Part shown: positions 41,292 through 51,108 of the stretch, in pieces
Layout of the letters: each line of letters begins with the position of its first letter
How positions within the stretch are numbered: position 1 is the first letter of the stretch
Source of the DNA: an uncultured Thermoplasmatales archaeon
GTDB lineage: Archaea > Thermoplasmatota > E2 > DHVEG-1
Assembly (NCBI GenBank): GCA_964518165.1
Contig: CAZFFN010000040.1
Span: 14,329 to 78,328, forward strand
Length of the DNA stretch: 64,000 nt
Reading direction: 5' to 3'
Notes under the pieces: generated by a model
The model's input: the letters and a program-made list of their open reading frames with translations, nothing else
Database searches by the model: none
Told to the model about the DNA's origin: nothing
Made by a program: the position numbers and the translations under genes

Positions 41292-41770
41292 GCGGAGGAA
41301 TGAGTAAAATTGTTAAAACTGTTGCAGGTATTGCCTTTCCTTTTGTAACAATATACGGTCTTTATGTAATAGCACATGGTCACTTAACACCCGGCGGTGG
41401 TTTTCAGGGTGGTGCAATAGTTGCATCTGGTGCAGCTATGATACTAGTTGCATATGGTTCAGTTTGGACTATGAAAAAGGTTAAAGAAAAACATCTGTCA
41501 GGGCTAGAGAGCACTGGAGCTATTGTATTTATCGGAACAGCGATTATCGGTCTGCTTGCAGCGGGTGTTTTTTTCAATAATTTCCTATTTGATAGTAACC
41601 TATTTTTTAATGTAGTTCCCGATAAAGGTTCAACTGTTGGCATTTTAAACTCAGCTGGAACCCTACCTGTTATGAACCTTGCAGTTGGATTGAAGGTTAT
41701 TGCAGGTCTATTTGCAATAGTTCTAGTTATGGCTTATGCAACTACTAAAATGGGGGAAGATAAAAAATGA
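41288..41770 (+). CDS. mnhB: MnhB (MbhF)-like subunit
   Basis: [21 protein letters not shown]. Confidence 0.92.
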   Translation: MSGGMSKIVKTVAGIAFPFVTIYGLYVIAHGHLTPGGGFQGGAIVASGAAMILVAYGSVWTMKKVKEKHLSGLESTGAIVFIGTAIIGLLAAGVFFNNFLFDSNLFFNVVPDKGSTVGILNSAGTLPVMNLAVGLKVIAGLFAIVLVMAYATTKMGEDKK

Positions 41771-42120
41771 TTGGAAATGCTTTCTATATTCCATACATTG
41801 CAGTAGTTGGACTTATTTTAGTAGGATTATATGCAGTTGTCTTTAAACGTAACTTAATAAAAATTGTAATTGGTATTACTCTTATTCAAAGTGGTGTAAA
41901 CCTATTTTTGATAACACTTAGTTACAGGCAGGACAGTGTAGCACCAATCTATACTAGTGCTCCAACTAGAATAATGAGTCTTCCAGTCCCGCAAGCATTA
42001 ACTCTTACTAGTATTGTCATTGGTGTAGCAGTTTTAGCTCTAATGGTTTCTTTTGTAATTCACATCTATAAACAGTTTGGAACACTTGACGCTAGAAAAA
42101 TAAGAGGTGATGAAGAATGA
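41767..42120 (+). CDS. mnhC: MnhC (MbhG)-like subunit
   Basis: NLIKIVIG, PVPQALTLTSIVI. Confidence 0.92.
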   Translation: MIGNAFYIPYIAVVGLILVGLYAVVFKRNLIKIVIGITLIQSGVNLFLITLSYRQDSVAPIYTSAPTRIMSLPVPQALTLTSIVIGVAVLALMVSFVIHIYKQFGTLDARKIRGDEE

Positions 42121-43733
42121 ATGAAGTTTTTGATTACCTTTTAAATCATTCCCCCGCCTTAATTATAGCGGTTCCACTTTTAGGTGCTTTTTTAACACCG
42201 TTAGTTAGTATGATTAACTCTAAAATTAGAGATGGTTTTGTTGTATTTATTACCCTTCTTACAGGATTTTTTGGATTTATACTTGCAAATGATGTTTTAG
42301 TAAATGAAAAAATTAGAACATATTGTTTTGGTGCAACAAATCCTAATACAAGTCCAGTTGTGAGAATCTTTTTTGAAGTTGACGGGTTTAGTGCTTTTAT
42401 GGCACTAATTGCAGTAATCCTTCCGATTGTTGCAGTAGTTTATTCACTAAAGTTTATGAAAGAAGAAACTGGTCTAGATAAGTATTACACTTTGATTCTT
42501 CTTATGACAGTTGGAATGCTTGGTATGGTTCTAACTGGAGACTTGTTTAACTTCTTTGTCTTTTTAGAAATAACATCTATTGCATCAGCAGCTTTAATTG
42601 CATTTTGGAATCATAAGAAAAACTCGATACAAGCTGCATTCAAATATATTGTAATAAGTAGTATCGGAGCGCTTATGGTTTTATTTGCTGTAGCTCTATT
42701 TTATGGGCAATATAATGCATTAAACATGGCGGTTATTGCTAATAACATAAGTCTTGGTCTTCTTGATAAAATAGCTTTTGCTCTGCTTATATCAGCACTA
42801 GCTCTAAAAGCTGCTATTGCTCCTATGCATATGTGGCTTTCTGATGCATATAGTGGTGCTCCATCATCAGCAACCGTTGTAATTGTTGGAACAACTCTTG
42901 CTAGTTTATATGCTATTTTCAGAGTTACCTTTACTATCTATGGAAAACAGATGTTGAATGTTTTAAAAACGGTTGGTGCTGTAGAAATTACTCCAAGTCT
43001 ATTGATCGGAGTGTTTATGATAATACTTGCAATTGTTACAATTCTCATTGGCGTTTTTATGGCTCTTAGATCAAATGATTTCAAACGCATGATTGCTTAT
43101 GCAGCAGTTGCTGAAATAGGCTACATGCTTATTGCTGTTGGAACTGCTATTACTACATTTTTTAGTAACGATGGTGGAGCAACTATGGCACTATCTGAGT
43201 CTGGAAGATGGGCTCTTACTGGTGGAGTATTTCACATTTTTAATGATGCACTTGACATTGGCTTGTTATTTTTAGTTGCTGGAGCAGTGTACTATGCAAC
43301 AAAAGAAACATCAATCAATAAATTAGGTGGTCTTTCACGTAAAATGAAGTATACTACAGTCTTTTTCTTAATAGGTCTATTTGCTGCATCTGGATTGCCG
43401 CCACTTAATGGTTTTGCATCAAAACTAATTATATATCAATCAACTTATCAGATAAACCCAATTATTGCAATTGTTGCAATTTTAGCAAGTATTATGCTTC
43501 TTGCAGTGTTTGTAAAAGTATTCTATGCAGTATTTTTAGGTCCAAAACTTCCAATGCTAGAAAAAGTAAACGAGGTTCCAAAAACGATGCTAGTTTCAAT
43601 GGGGATAGTTGCATTTTTGATAATACTCTTTGGTTTGTTTCCGGATCTTGTTATAAATAATATCGTGGAACCCGCGGTTAATGCTCTGACTAATCCTGAT
43701 GGATATATTAGTGCAATACTTGGAGGTGCCTAA
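42117..43733 (+). CDS. mnhD: MnhD (MbhH)-like antiporter subunit
   Basis: GDLFNFFVFLEI, KAAIAPMHMWL, KRMIAY, GLPPLNGFASK. Confidence 0.92.
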   Translation: MNEVFDYLLNHSPALIIAVPLLGAFLTPLVSMINSKIRDGFVVFITLLTGFFGFILANDVLVNEKIRTYCFGATNPNTSPVVRIFFEVDGFSAFMALIAVILPIVAVVYSLKFMKEETGLDKYYTLILLMTVGMLGMVLTGDLFNFFVFLEITSIASAALIAFWNHKKNSIQAAFKYIVISSIGALMVLFAVALFYGQYNALNMAVIANNISLGLLDKIAFALLISALALKAAIAPMHMWLSDAYSGAPSSATVVIVGTTLASLYAIFRVTFTIYGKQMLNVLKTVGAVEITPSLLIGVFMIILAIVTILIGVFMALRSNDFKRMIAYAAVAEIGYMLIAVGTAITTFFSNDGGATMALSESGRWALTGGVFHIFNDALDIGLLFLVAGAVYYATKETSINKLGGLSRKMKYTTVFFLIGLFAASGLPPLNGFASKLIIYQSTYQINPIIAIVAILASIMLLAVFVKVFYAVFLGPKLPMLEKVNEVPKTMLVSMGIVAFLIILFGLFPDLVINNIVEPAVNALTNPDGYISAILGGA

Positions 43734-43734
43734 A

Positions 43735-44094
43735 ATGCTAGGATTTATAAATGATTTTGTAAAAACTCTTGATACAGGTAATGGTTTCTGGAATCCACTT
43801 ATACTATTAACGATACTTGTAATTGCATTTTTAATAATCTATATTATTAGAGGTTTTGGAAATAAAAACTATAAAAAAGGTACAGATCAAACCCAGGCCT
43901 TTTTATCAGGTAACAAAGAATATCCAATAGAACAAATGCATGTTAAGGGAAACAATGTATACTGGGGTTTTACTGAGTCGCTTAAATGGTTCTATAATGT
44001 TTTAGAAAAAATGCATAACGGATGTGTTAATGATTACATACTTTGGTTTGTAATAATCATGGGCGTTTTATTCTTAATCTTCGGGGTGATCTAA
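43735..44094 (+). CDS. MbhI-like subunit
   Basis: FLSGN, YWGF and MHNGCVNDYILW resemble the NuoL C-terminus/MbhI; the operon position fits. Confidence 0.75.
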   Translation: MLGFINDFVKTLDTGNGFWNPLILLTILVIAFLIIYIIRGFGNKNYKKGTDQTQAFLSGNKEYPIEQMHVKGNNVYWGFTESLKWFYNVLEKMHNGCVNDYILWFVIIMGVLFLIFGVI

Positions 44095-44095
44095 A

Positions 44096-45169
44096 ATGAA
44101 TTTTCAAGATATATTATTACCATTGATTTCAATTATTTTTGGAACAATAGTTCTAGCAGGTTTTGGAATATTCTTCGGACTTTTGTATAAAGGTATAGAT
44201 AGAAAGATCTCAGCTCATATGCAAGGACGAATCGGTCCACCAATAGTTCAGCCTTTTAGAGATATTAGAAAGCTATTTACTAAAGAAAACATAGTTCCTG
44301 AAAACGCAATTGCTTGGATTTTTAACCTTGCACCAGTTGTAGGATTAATTGCATCTATTGCACTTCTATTATATTTACCAGTAGGAGGATTTGATCCACT
44401 TGCTGGTGGTTTAGTTGGAAATAGCCCATATGGAGATTTGATTCTAGTCCTATACTTACTTATCATTCCATCTTTAGCAATGGTAATAGGTGGTTTTGCA
44501 AGTGGTAGTCCATATTCAACAGTTGGTGCACAAAGAGAGATGGCTACAATGATTGCTTATGAGTTTCCATTAGCAATAATTATTATTACATTTGCATGGC
44601 TTTTAGGAAGCCCTACTGTTGGAGAAAGTCTACCACATGTCTTTAGTATTTCAACTATAACAGCAAATCCTATCTGGCTTTCTGTTGGAGTTTTAGGTTT
44701 TGCTGGAGCGGCGATACTTCTATTTGTATTAATGCTAGTAACTCCAGCTGAACTATCAAAGATTCCATTTGATTCACCTGAAGCTGAAACTGAAATCGCA
44801 GGTGGTCTATTTACTGAATACAGTGGTAGAAACCTAGGTATGTTCTATATGGCAGATGGTGTAAAAACTATTGTTATGGCAACACTAGTAATAGCATTGT
44901 TTTTCCCATGGAATTTATCACCTATACTTGGTATAGATGGATTTCTAGCAATGGGTATTGACATAGTATTTTACTTGTTGAAAGTATTTCTAGTAATACT
45001 ATTCTCTGTAACACTTATTAGAGTTGCAATCGCTAGATTAAAAATCGACCAGATAGTATATACTTACTGGGTATGGTTTACTCTAATGGCATTAGTAGGA
45101 CTAATTCTTATTATGTGGGACAGACAATTCGGACTTCAAACAATAGGAACTATGATAGGATTATCATAA
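44096..45169 (+). CDS. Complex I subunit 1 (NuoH/MbhM)-like protein
   Basis: RKISAHMQGRIGPP, QPFRDIRKL, PFDSPEAETEI, EYSG. Confidence 0.93.
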   Translation: MNFQDILLPLISIIFGTIVLAGFGIFFGLLYKGIDRKISAHMQGRIGPPIVQPFRDIRKLFTKENIVPENAIAWIFNLAPVVGLIASIALLLYLPVGGFDPLAGGLVGNSPYGDLILVLYLLIIPSLAMVIGGFASGSPYSTVGAQREMATMIAYEFPLAIIIITFAWLLGSPTVGESLPHVFSISTITANPIWLSVGVLGFAGAAILLFVLMLVTPAELSKIPFDSPEAETEIAGGLFTEYSGRNLGMFYMADGVKTIVMATLVIALFFPWNLSPILGIDGFLAMGIDIVFYLLKVFLVILFSVTLIRVAIARLKIDQIVYTYWVWFTLMALVGLILIMWDRQFGLQTIGTMIGLS

Positions 45170-45175
45170 TCCTAT
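45155..45175 (+). terminator. Inverted repeat spanning the stop codon at the end of the Mbh-like operon
   Basis: ATAGGATTAT-C-ATAATCCTAT followed by a T7 run. Confidence 0.55.
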
Positions 45176-45190
45176 TAAACATTTTTTTAT

Positions 45191-46150
45191 ATGGAAAAAA
45201 CAGCAGATATGAAAAAAAACACTGAGGTTAATTTAGATATTTCATTTCTATTTCTTGTTCTACCAGTTTTATTTTTAGTAATTGGTTATTTTGTTTATCC
45301 TTATCCCTCTGAGAATCTTCAAACAATCATCCAAATACCATTGTTTATTGGTTTAATTCTTTTATTTGCTGGTTTTATTCTAAAAAATAAAATTTATTCA
45401 CAGTTGTTAAAGATATCTGGTTGGACAGTTTTTGCTTTTTATTGGGCCGCCCAACCCGCTCATCTTTATTTTAGTGAAGGTGGAGATGTTGTAAATGCTG
45501 TGATATGTATTCTTGGTATATTTGTTCTAATGTATATTGCATATCATGAGTGGTTATCTCTTAAAAGAGATGAAACTGTAAGTTGTCTGAACTGGATTGC
45601 TGGTGCTTCAGCAATAGCAGGCATTATCTATTTTGGAATTGAAAAAAGTCCCCTTGCAGTATCTCTTATTTATGAAGTAGCAAAACAGAGTGCTTTTGTT
45701 TTAGATCTATTAATTGGTAATGTTACAGTGGGCGATCCTGGTATTTATGGTACACCCATTTATTACAATGGAGAATATGCAGTTACAATTATATTTGCTT
45801 GTACTGCAATTCAATCTTTTGTAATATTTGTTGGAATGATTGGTGCTCTACCAAAAATTGATATGAAGAGAAGGATCCTCGGTTTATTAATCACGATTTT
45901 ACCTGTTTATTTTTTAAACCTTTTAAGAAATGCTATGGTTGCATTTCTAACTGTTAAAAATATTACTGATTTTAATATTGCACATAACTATATAGCCAAA
46001 GGCGGGTCTCTTGTTGCATTAATTGTATTACTTTTAATAGTTGTAAAAATAATTCCTGAAATTTTAGATGAAATATATTGTTTAGTTGATCTGCATAAAA
46101 GAGATGGACCATTGGAAAAGTTTTTTAAGAAAATAATTGGTAAAAAATAA
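45191..46150 (+). CDS. artA: Archaeosortase A-like protein
   Basis: Multi-TM protein with catalytic triad motifs FACTAIQS, NLLRN and AHNY. Confidence 0.88.
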   Translation: MEKTADMKKNTEVNLDISFLFLVLPVLFLVIGYFVYPYPSENLQTIIQIPLFIGLILLFAGFILKNKIYSQLLKISGWTVFAFYWAAQPAHLYFSEGGDVVNAVICILGIFVLMYIAYHEWLSLKRDETVSCLNWIAGASAIAGIIYFGIEKSPLAVSLIYEVAKQSAFVLDLLIGNVTVGDPGIYGTPIYYNGEYAVTIIFACTAIQSFVIFVGMIGALPKIDMKRRILGLLITILPVYFLNLLRNAMVAFLTVKNITDFNIAHNYIAKGGSLVALIVLLLIVVKIIPEILDEIYCLVDLHKRDGPLEKFFKKIIGKK

Positions 46151-46180
46151 ATAGAATTAACTTTAAAGAGGCGGACTAAT

Positions 46181-46894
46181 TTGGAAAAATCAATGCTTAA
46201 AAATCTATCATTAGCTGATTTTTTAAGTATAACAAATGCTCTCTTTGGTTTTTTTTCAATAATTATTCTTTTCACAAGTTTGATAGATAGCATTGATTTG
46301 AAAATACATCTCTCTTTTAGTTTTATTTTACTAGGGCTTCTCGCTGACGGACTAGATGGTGTTGTTGCAAGGAGATTTGGTAAAAGTAATATTGGTGAAT
46401 ATCTAGAAGCTATGGCCGATGTAACAACACTTGTTGTTGCACCTTCTATTTTTGTTTACTTTTCTTATCTAGATCTAGTGACATTTAATATTTCAAGGCA
46501 TATCTATCTATTATTTGCAATTCTACTCTTTGTCTTCTTTGGTTTTGTAAGACTTGCCTCGTTTAGCTTAATGAAAGAAAAAAAACTGTTTGTTGGTCTT
46601 CCTGCATCTGTGAGTACAATTATTATCTTAGTTCTTTCTTATGTTAAAATCGAGTTTGTTTTAATTTTACCAGTTGTAATTATTATTGGTGCAGCTATGG
46701 CTTCAAACATTACTTTTCCAAAACCAAAAAAGTATATAAACGCCATTGCAGCAGTTTTAATATTTATTAGTATCTTTTTTGGATATTTTTTTAGCTTTTT
46801 AACTATTTTTCTTCTTATAGGTGTCTGTATTTATTCATTTATTGGCCCTTTTTTAAAAGAAATTTTTACAAAAGAACAACGAAAAGGTTTCTAA
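46181..46894 (+). CDS. pssA: CDP-alcohol phosphatidyltransferase (archaetidylserine synthase-like)
   Basis: ADFLSITNA, DGLDGVVAR...GEYLEAMAD, RLASF, FVGLP. Confidence 0.8.
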   Translation: MEKSMLKNLSLADFLSITNALFGFFSIIILFTSLIDSIDLKIHLSFSFILLGLLADGLDGVVARRFGKSNIGEYLEAMADVTTLVVAPSIFVYFSYLDLVTFNISRHIYLLFAILLFVFFGFVRLASFSLMKEKKLFVGLPASVSTIIILVLSYVKIEFVLILPVVIIIGAAMASNITFPKPKKYINAIAAVLIFISIFFGYFFSFLTIFLLIGVCIYSFIGPFLKEIFTKEQRKGF

Positions 46895-46921
46895 ACAACA
46901 AATGCATTACATGTCGCTGTT

Positions 46922-47482
46922 ATGGATGATATCCCCAAGATTGGTATAACCGGAATGCCCGGTGTTGGAAAAACTACTACTCTTAGAAAGATCATTAAAT
47001 CTCTTGAAGATCATGGTTATATAGTAGCAGGTATAATCACTGAACCAGTACTTAAGAAAAAACAGAGAGTAGGTTTTTATGTAAAAGACTGGACAACTGG
47101 TGAAAAAGAAGTTTTTGCACATAAAGATTTTGAATTCAGAGAAAGCGTTGGAGACTATGGTGTTGATATTGAAGCACTTGAAAAAATAGCTCTTCCATCT
47201 ATTGAAAAAGCAATTACAGATGATAATGTAAACATAATTATAATAGATGAAATCGGTAAAATGGAGATGCTATCTGAAAACTTCTGCGACATGGTAATTG
47301 AAGCACTTGATTCAGACAAACCGATTATGGTTACACTTCATAAAAAATCACGTACACCGCTCTTACAAGACGTTAGAAGAAGAGATGATATGAGAATACT
47401 TGAAGTAACACCTGTGAATAGAAATCTTTTACCATATAAAATCGAAAAAATAATGGAAGAAAAATTACCTCCTCTGTTCTAA
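46922..47482 (+). CDS. Nucleoside triphosphatase (THEP1 family)
   Basis: ITGMPGVGKTT, RVGF, IIDEIGKME. Confidence 0.93.
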   Translation: MDDIPKIGITGMPGVGKTTTLRKIIKSLEDHGYIVAGIITEPVLKKKQRVGFYVKDWTTGEKEVFAHKDFEFRESVGDYGVDIEALEKIALPSIEKAITDDNVNIIIIDEIGKMEMLSENFCDMVIEALDSDKPIMVTLHKKSRTPLLQDVRRRDDMRILEVTPVNRNLLPYKIEKIMEEKLPPLF

Positions 47483-47484
47483 AT

Positions 47485-48591
47485 ATGGAAGAATCTAATT
47501 TTTTAAAAGAAATTACTGAAGGCTCTACCGATATTTTTGTTCATATTAATAAAGAAAAGAAAAAAGGACCTGGCATAAAAAAAGGCGGCATTCCTTTTTA
47601 TAATCCTACTATGGAGTTGAACAGAGATTTTTCTATTGCTTTTTTAGAGTGGTTAACTAAAGAAATTAACCATCCCTTAAAAATTCTAGATGGTCTTTCA
47701 TCTTCTGGTATCCGTGGAGTTCGTTTTTGTAATGAAATCGATGGTGATTTCAAGGTTTTTTTAAATGACTGGGATAAAAATGCTTTTAACTTAATCAAAA
47801 AAAATATTGAAAATAATAATCTAAAAAATGCTTATCCCGTTAATTCTGAGTTAAATGCTCTTCTTTCCTCTGATAAATTCGATTATATCGATATTGATCC
47901 TTTCGGCTCCCCCGTATATTTTTTTGATTCAGCACTTCGTAGCATAAGACATAATGGTGTTATTTCTTTTAGTGCGACTGATACTGCAACTCTTTGTGGC
48001 GTATATAAGAAGGTTTGTAGGAGACGTTATGATGCTGAATCTTTTCATGGTGTTTCTATGAAGGAAGTTGGTATGAGAATACTGATTGGTGCTATCGCAA
48101 GAGCCGCAGCTAGACATGAGAAAGGAATTATGCCGATTATATCATATGTTACAGATCATTATTTTAGGTGTTATGTAAAAGTTTTTGATAATGTAAATAA
48201 AGCAAACGACACTATTTCTAAAGTTAAAACAATTAAAGCTGGTGAAAAGATCGGATTTAAAGAAATAAAAAAAGATGTTGGACCAGTTTGGACTGGTAAA
48301 ATTCAATTTAAAAAGATGTTTAAGGATATTAGATCAATTAGCTTAAGTAAAAAATTTGGAAGTAAAAAAAAGTTACTTAAATTAATTAATTTTTTAGAAG
48401 AAGAAGCGGATATGCCTATGTTTTATTATACAACTGATAGTATTTCGTCTAGTCTTAAAAAATCTCCACCTAAAAAAGTTAATTTAATTAATAATCTAGA
48501 AAAAAAAGGTTACAAGGCATCAGGTACTCATTTTGATGATATGGGTTTTAAAACAGACGCAGAAATGGAAGATATAATAAGTTTTTATTAA
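47485..48591 (+). CDS. trm1: tRNA (guanine-26-N2)-dimethyltransferase
   Basis: FYNPTMELNRD, SGIRGVR, IDIDPFGSP, SATD, THF. Confidence 0.94.
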   Translation: MEESNFLKEITEGSTDIFVHINKEKKKGPGIKKGGIPFYNPTMELNRDFSIAFLEWLTKEINHPLKILDGLSSSGIRGVRFCNEIDGDFKVFLNDWDKNAFNLIKKNIENNNLKNAYPVNSELNALLSSDKFDYIDIDPFGSPVYFFDSALRSIRHNGVISFSATDTATLCGVYKKVCRRRYDAESFHGVSMKEVGMRILIGAIARAAARHEKGIMPIISYVTDHYFRCYVKVFDNVNKANDTISKVKTIKAGEKIGFKEIKKDVGPVWTGKIQFKKMFKDIRSISLSKKFGSKKKLLKLINFLEEEADMPMFYYTTDSISSSLKKSPPKKVNLINNLEKKGYKASGTHFDDMGFKTDAEMEDIISFY

Positions 48592-48917
48592 GAAAAATTT
48601 GGTATCGCCCTAAATTTTAAAAATCTATAGATTACAAAAACTGATATTATTATCTGAATAAAAATACAAATTATTTCTTGAAAAATATTTGCCCAATAGG
48701 GTCTATTTTCGAACGAACCGGGATATTCTTCTTCTATAACAACACATCCTAAGGCAGATGGAAGAATATTTTCTTTATTTTGAAACGAAAATTCATCAAA
48801 AACATGGAATTCAATTGGTTTAACATATGGATCAATTTCAGACATAATCCAGTGTCCTGCTTCATGTAGGGGAGTTGTTGCAATAATAGTTACTGATGAA
48901 AGCATAAAACACAGCAA
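48588..48917 (-). CDS. Small membrane protein with HExxH motif
   Basis: PLHEAGHW between hydrophobic segments; the start is uncertain. Confidence 0.55.
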   Translation of the reverse strand: MLCFMLSSVTIIATTPLHEAGHWIMSEIDPYVKPIEFHVFDEFSFQNKENILPSALGCVVIEEEYPGSFENRPYWANIFQEIICIFIQIIISVFVIYRFLKFRAIPNFS

Positions 48918-49084
48918 AATTATTTTTAATACATTTCTAGTTTTTTGTATATTTAAAATATTAATCCCCCAGACTCAATAAATAATATAGATATTATTAT
49001 AAATAAATTACTATGATAATATTTCTAGGAAAACAATTAAGTTAAGAATATATATTAAACTTTGAAAGTGGATTGTTTGGTATT

Positions 49085-49756
49085 ATGGCAAAAAAAACCA
49101 GAGTAGGAGTTCTTGCTAGTGGAGGAGGAACTGACTTACAAAGTATAATTGATGCATCAGAAAAAGGTATGATCAATGCTGAAGTTGTAGTATTAGTTTG
49201 TGATAACTGCGAGGCATACTGCCTGAATAGAGCAGAAAAACATAACATAACTGGTTTCTTTGTTGATACTAAAAATAAAGATAAAAAAGAAATTGATAAT
49301 GAAGTTGACGGTGTTTTTGAAGAACACAATGTTGATCTAGTGGTTGGTGCTGGTTACATGAGAATTCTTACAAAAGAATTTGTCAAAAAATGGTATGGGA
49401 AACTAATCAATATTCATCCGGCATTGCTGCCCTCTTTTAAAGGAGCAAATGGCCAGGGTGATGCCTTTAATTATGGTGTTAAAATATCTGGTTGCACGAC
49501 CCACTTTATGGATGAACATATGGATCATGGGCCAATAATTTTACAAGCTGCTGTAAAGGTAATGCCTGATGATACTAAAGATAGTCTAGCAAAAAGAATT
49601 CTTGATGTTGAGCATCAAATACTTCCGCGTACTGTTGATTTATTTTCAAAAAAAGCTCTTAAGATAGTTGGTAGAAAAGTAGAAATCAAAAGTAAAGACA
49701 GTTGGATTGGTAAATACGATACTTTTCCTAATGTTTTATATTCTGAAGGTTATTAG
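49085..49756 (+). CDS. purN: Phosphoribosylglycinamide formyltransferase
   Basis: LASGGGTDL, AGYMRIL, INIHPALLP, GCTTHF, DHGPII. Confidence 0.96.
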   Translation: MAKKTRVGVLASGGGTDLQSIIDASEKGMINAEVVVLVCDNCEAYCLNRAEKHNITGFFVDTKNKDKKEIDNEVDGVFEEHNVDLVVGAGYMRILTKEFVKKWYGKLINIHPALLPSFKGANGQGDAFNYGVKISGCTTHFMDEHMDHGPIILQAAVKVMPDDTKDSLAKRILDVEHQILPRTVDLFSKKALKIVGRKVEIKSKDSWIGKYDTFPNVLYSEGY

Positions 49757-49767
49757 CATCTGTAAAT

Positions 49768-51063
49768 ATGAATGATAAGGATTTTTTTGATTGGCTAAAC
49801 AGTTTTCACAAGTTCGGCGTTAAACTAGATCTAAATAGAATTAAACATATCTGTAAAAAACTAAATAACCCACATGAAAGCTATAAAATCATACATGTCA
49901 GTGGGACAAACGGTAAAGGATCAGTTTGTAGATTCCTAGGATCAATTCTGAGCAAAAGCAGTTACAAGACAGGTATTTACACTTCTCCACATTTAGAGCA
50001 TTTTTCAGAGCGGATTACAGTAGATAATAAAGAAATTTCAACTGAAGAACTAACTATTATCTATAAAAAAATCAAACCAATTGTAGATGACATGATAAAA
50101 AAAGATATATATCCTACATATTTTGAAATAGTAACAGCAATTGCATTTCTTTTTTTTAAAATTAAAAAAGTTGATATCGCAGTAATTGAAGTAGGTCTAG
50201 GAGGACGTTTTGATGCAACTAATATTGTTAAACCAGTTTTATCGGTAATATCTAATGTATCAATGGAGCATCAAGATAGATTAGGTGACACTATTGAAAA
50301 AATTGCTTTTGAAAAAGCAGGTATAATAAAAGAAAATATTCCTATTGTAACATCTGCTAAAAACAATGCATTAAAAGTAATTAAGAAAATTTCAAAAGAA
50401 AAAAACTCAAAAATTTTTGAAATAAATGAAGCAAACTGGGTTAGAACTAATTTTAATAATAAATCTCAAATATTCAAAATAGACTTTTTAGAAGAAACGT
50501 ATAATTTAAAAACAAAAATACTAGGAAGTTTTCAAGGAGAAAATATTGCACTTTCAACTGCTTCTGCAGTTATTTTACAAAAAAAGGGTTTAAAAATAGA
50601 TGAAAAATCAATTGAGAAAGGAATTCTTAATACAATAAACCCAGGTAGAATGGAAGTTATTAAAACAAAACCTATTATTCTTTTAGATGGAGCACATAAT
50701 GTTGAAGCAATTAAAAAATTAGGAGAATCCATTGAAAAAGATTTTAAGTTTGATAGATTAATTCTTGTAATTGGTATTTTAGAAGATAAAAACTATATTG
50801 AAATGCTAGAAGAAATTGTTCCAATATGTGATTTAATTGTTACTACTAAATCAACAAATAAAAGATCATGTAACCCATATACTTTGAAAAAAGAAGTTGA
50901 GTATGTTGATTACAAAAAATCAGTTGTTCCTTTTGAAACAATTGAAAAGGCTGTTTTATTTGCTAAAAGTGAAGCAGGTTTTAGAGATATGATTTGTATC
51001 TGTGGATCTTTATTTACAGTTGGTGAAGCAAGAAGCTTTTTAAAAGAACTAATTTTATTTTAA
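49768..51063 (+). CDS. folC: Folylpolyglutamate/dihydrofolate synthase
   Basis: HVSGTNGKGS, YTSPHL, EVGLGGRFDATN, EKAGIIK, LDGAHN. Confidence 0.96.
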   Translation: MNDKDFFDWLNSFHKFGVKLDLNRIKHICKKLNNPHESYKIIHVSGTNGKGSVCRFLGSILSKSSYKTGIYTSPHLEHFSERITVDNKEISTEELTIIYKKIKPIVDDMIKKDIYPTYFEIVTAIAFLFFKIKKVDIAVIEVGLGGRFDATNIVKPVLSVISNVSMEHQDRLGDTIEKIAFEKAGIIKENIPIVTSAKNNALKVIKKISKEKNSKIFEINEANWVRTNFNNKSQIFKIDFLEETYNLKTKILGSFQGENIALSTASAVILQKKGLKIDEKSIEKGILNTINPGRMEVIKTKPIILLDGAHNVEAIKKLGESIEKDFKFDRLILVIGILEDKNYIEMLEEIVPICDLIVTTKSTNKRSCNPYTLKKEVEYVDYKKSVVPFETIEKAVLFAKSEAGFRDMICICGSLFTVGEARSFLKELILF

Positions 51064-51108
51064 AGAGTAATTTATATAAAGTGTAAAATTAATATTCCCG
51101 TAGATTAG

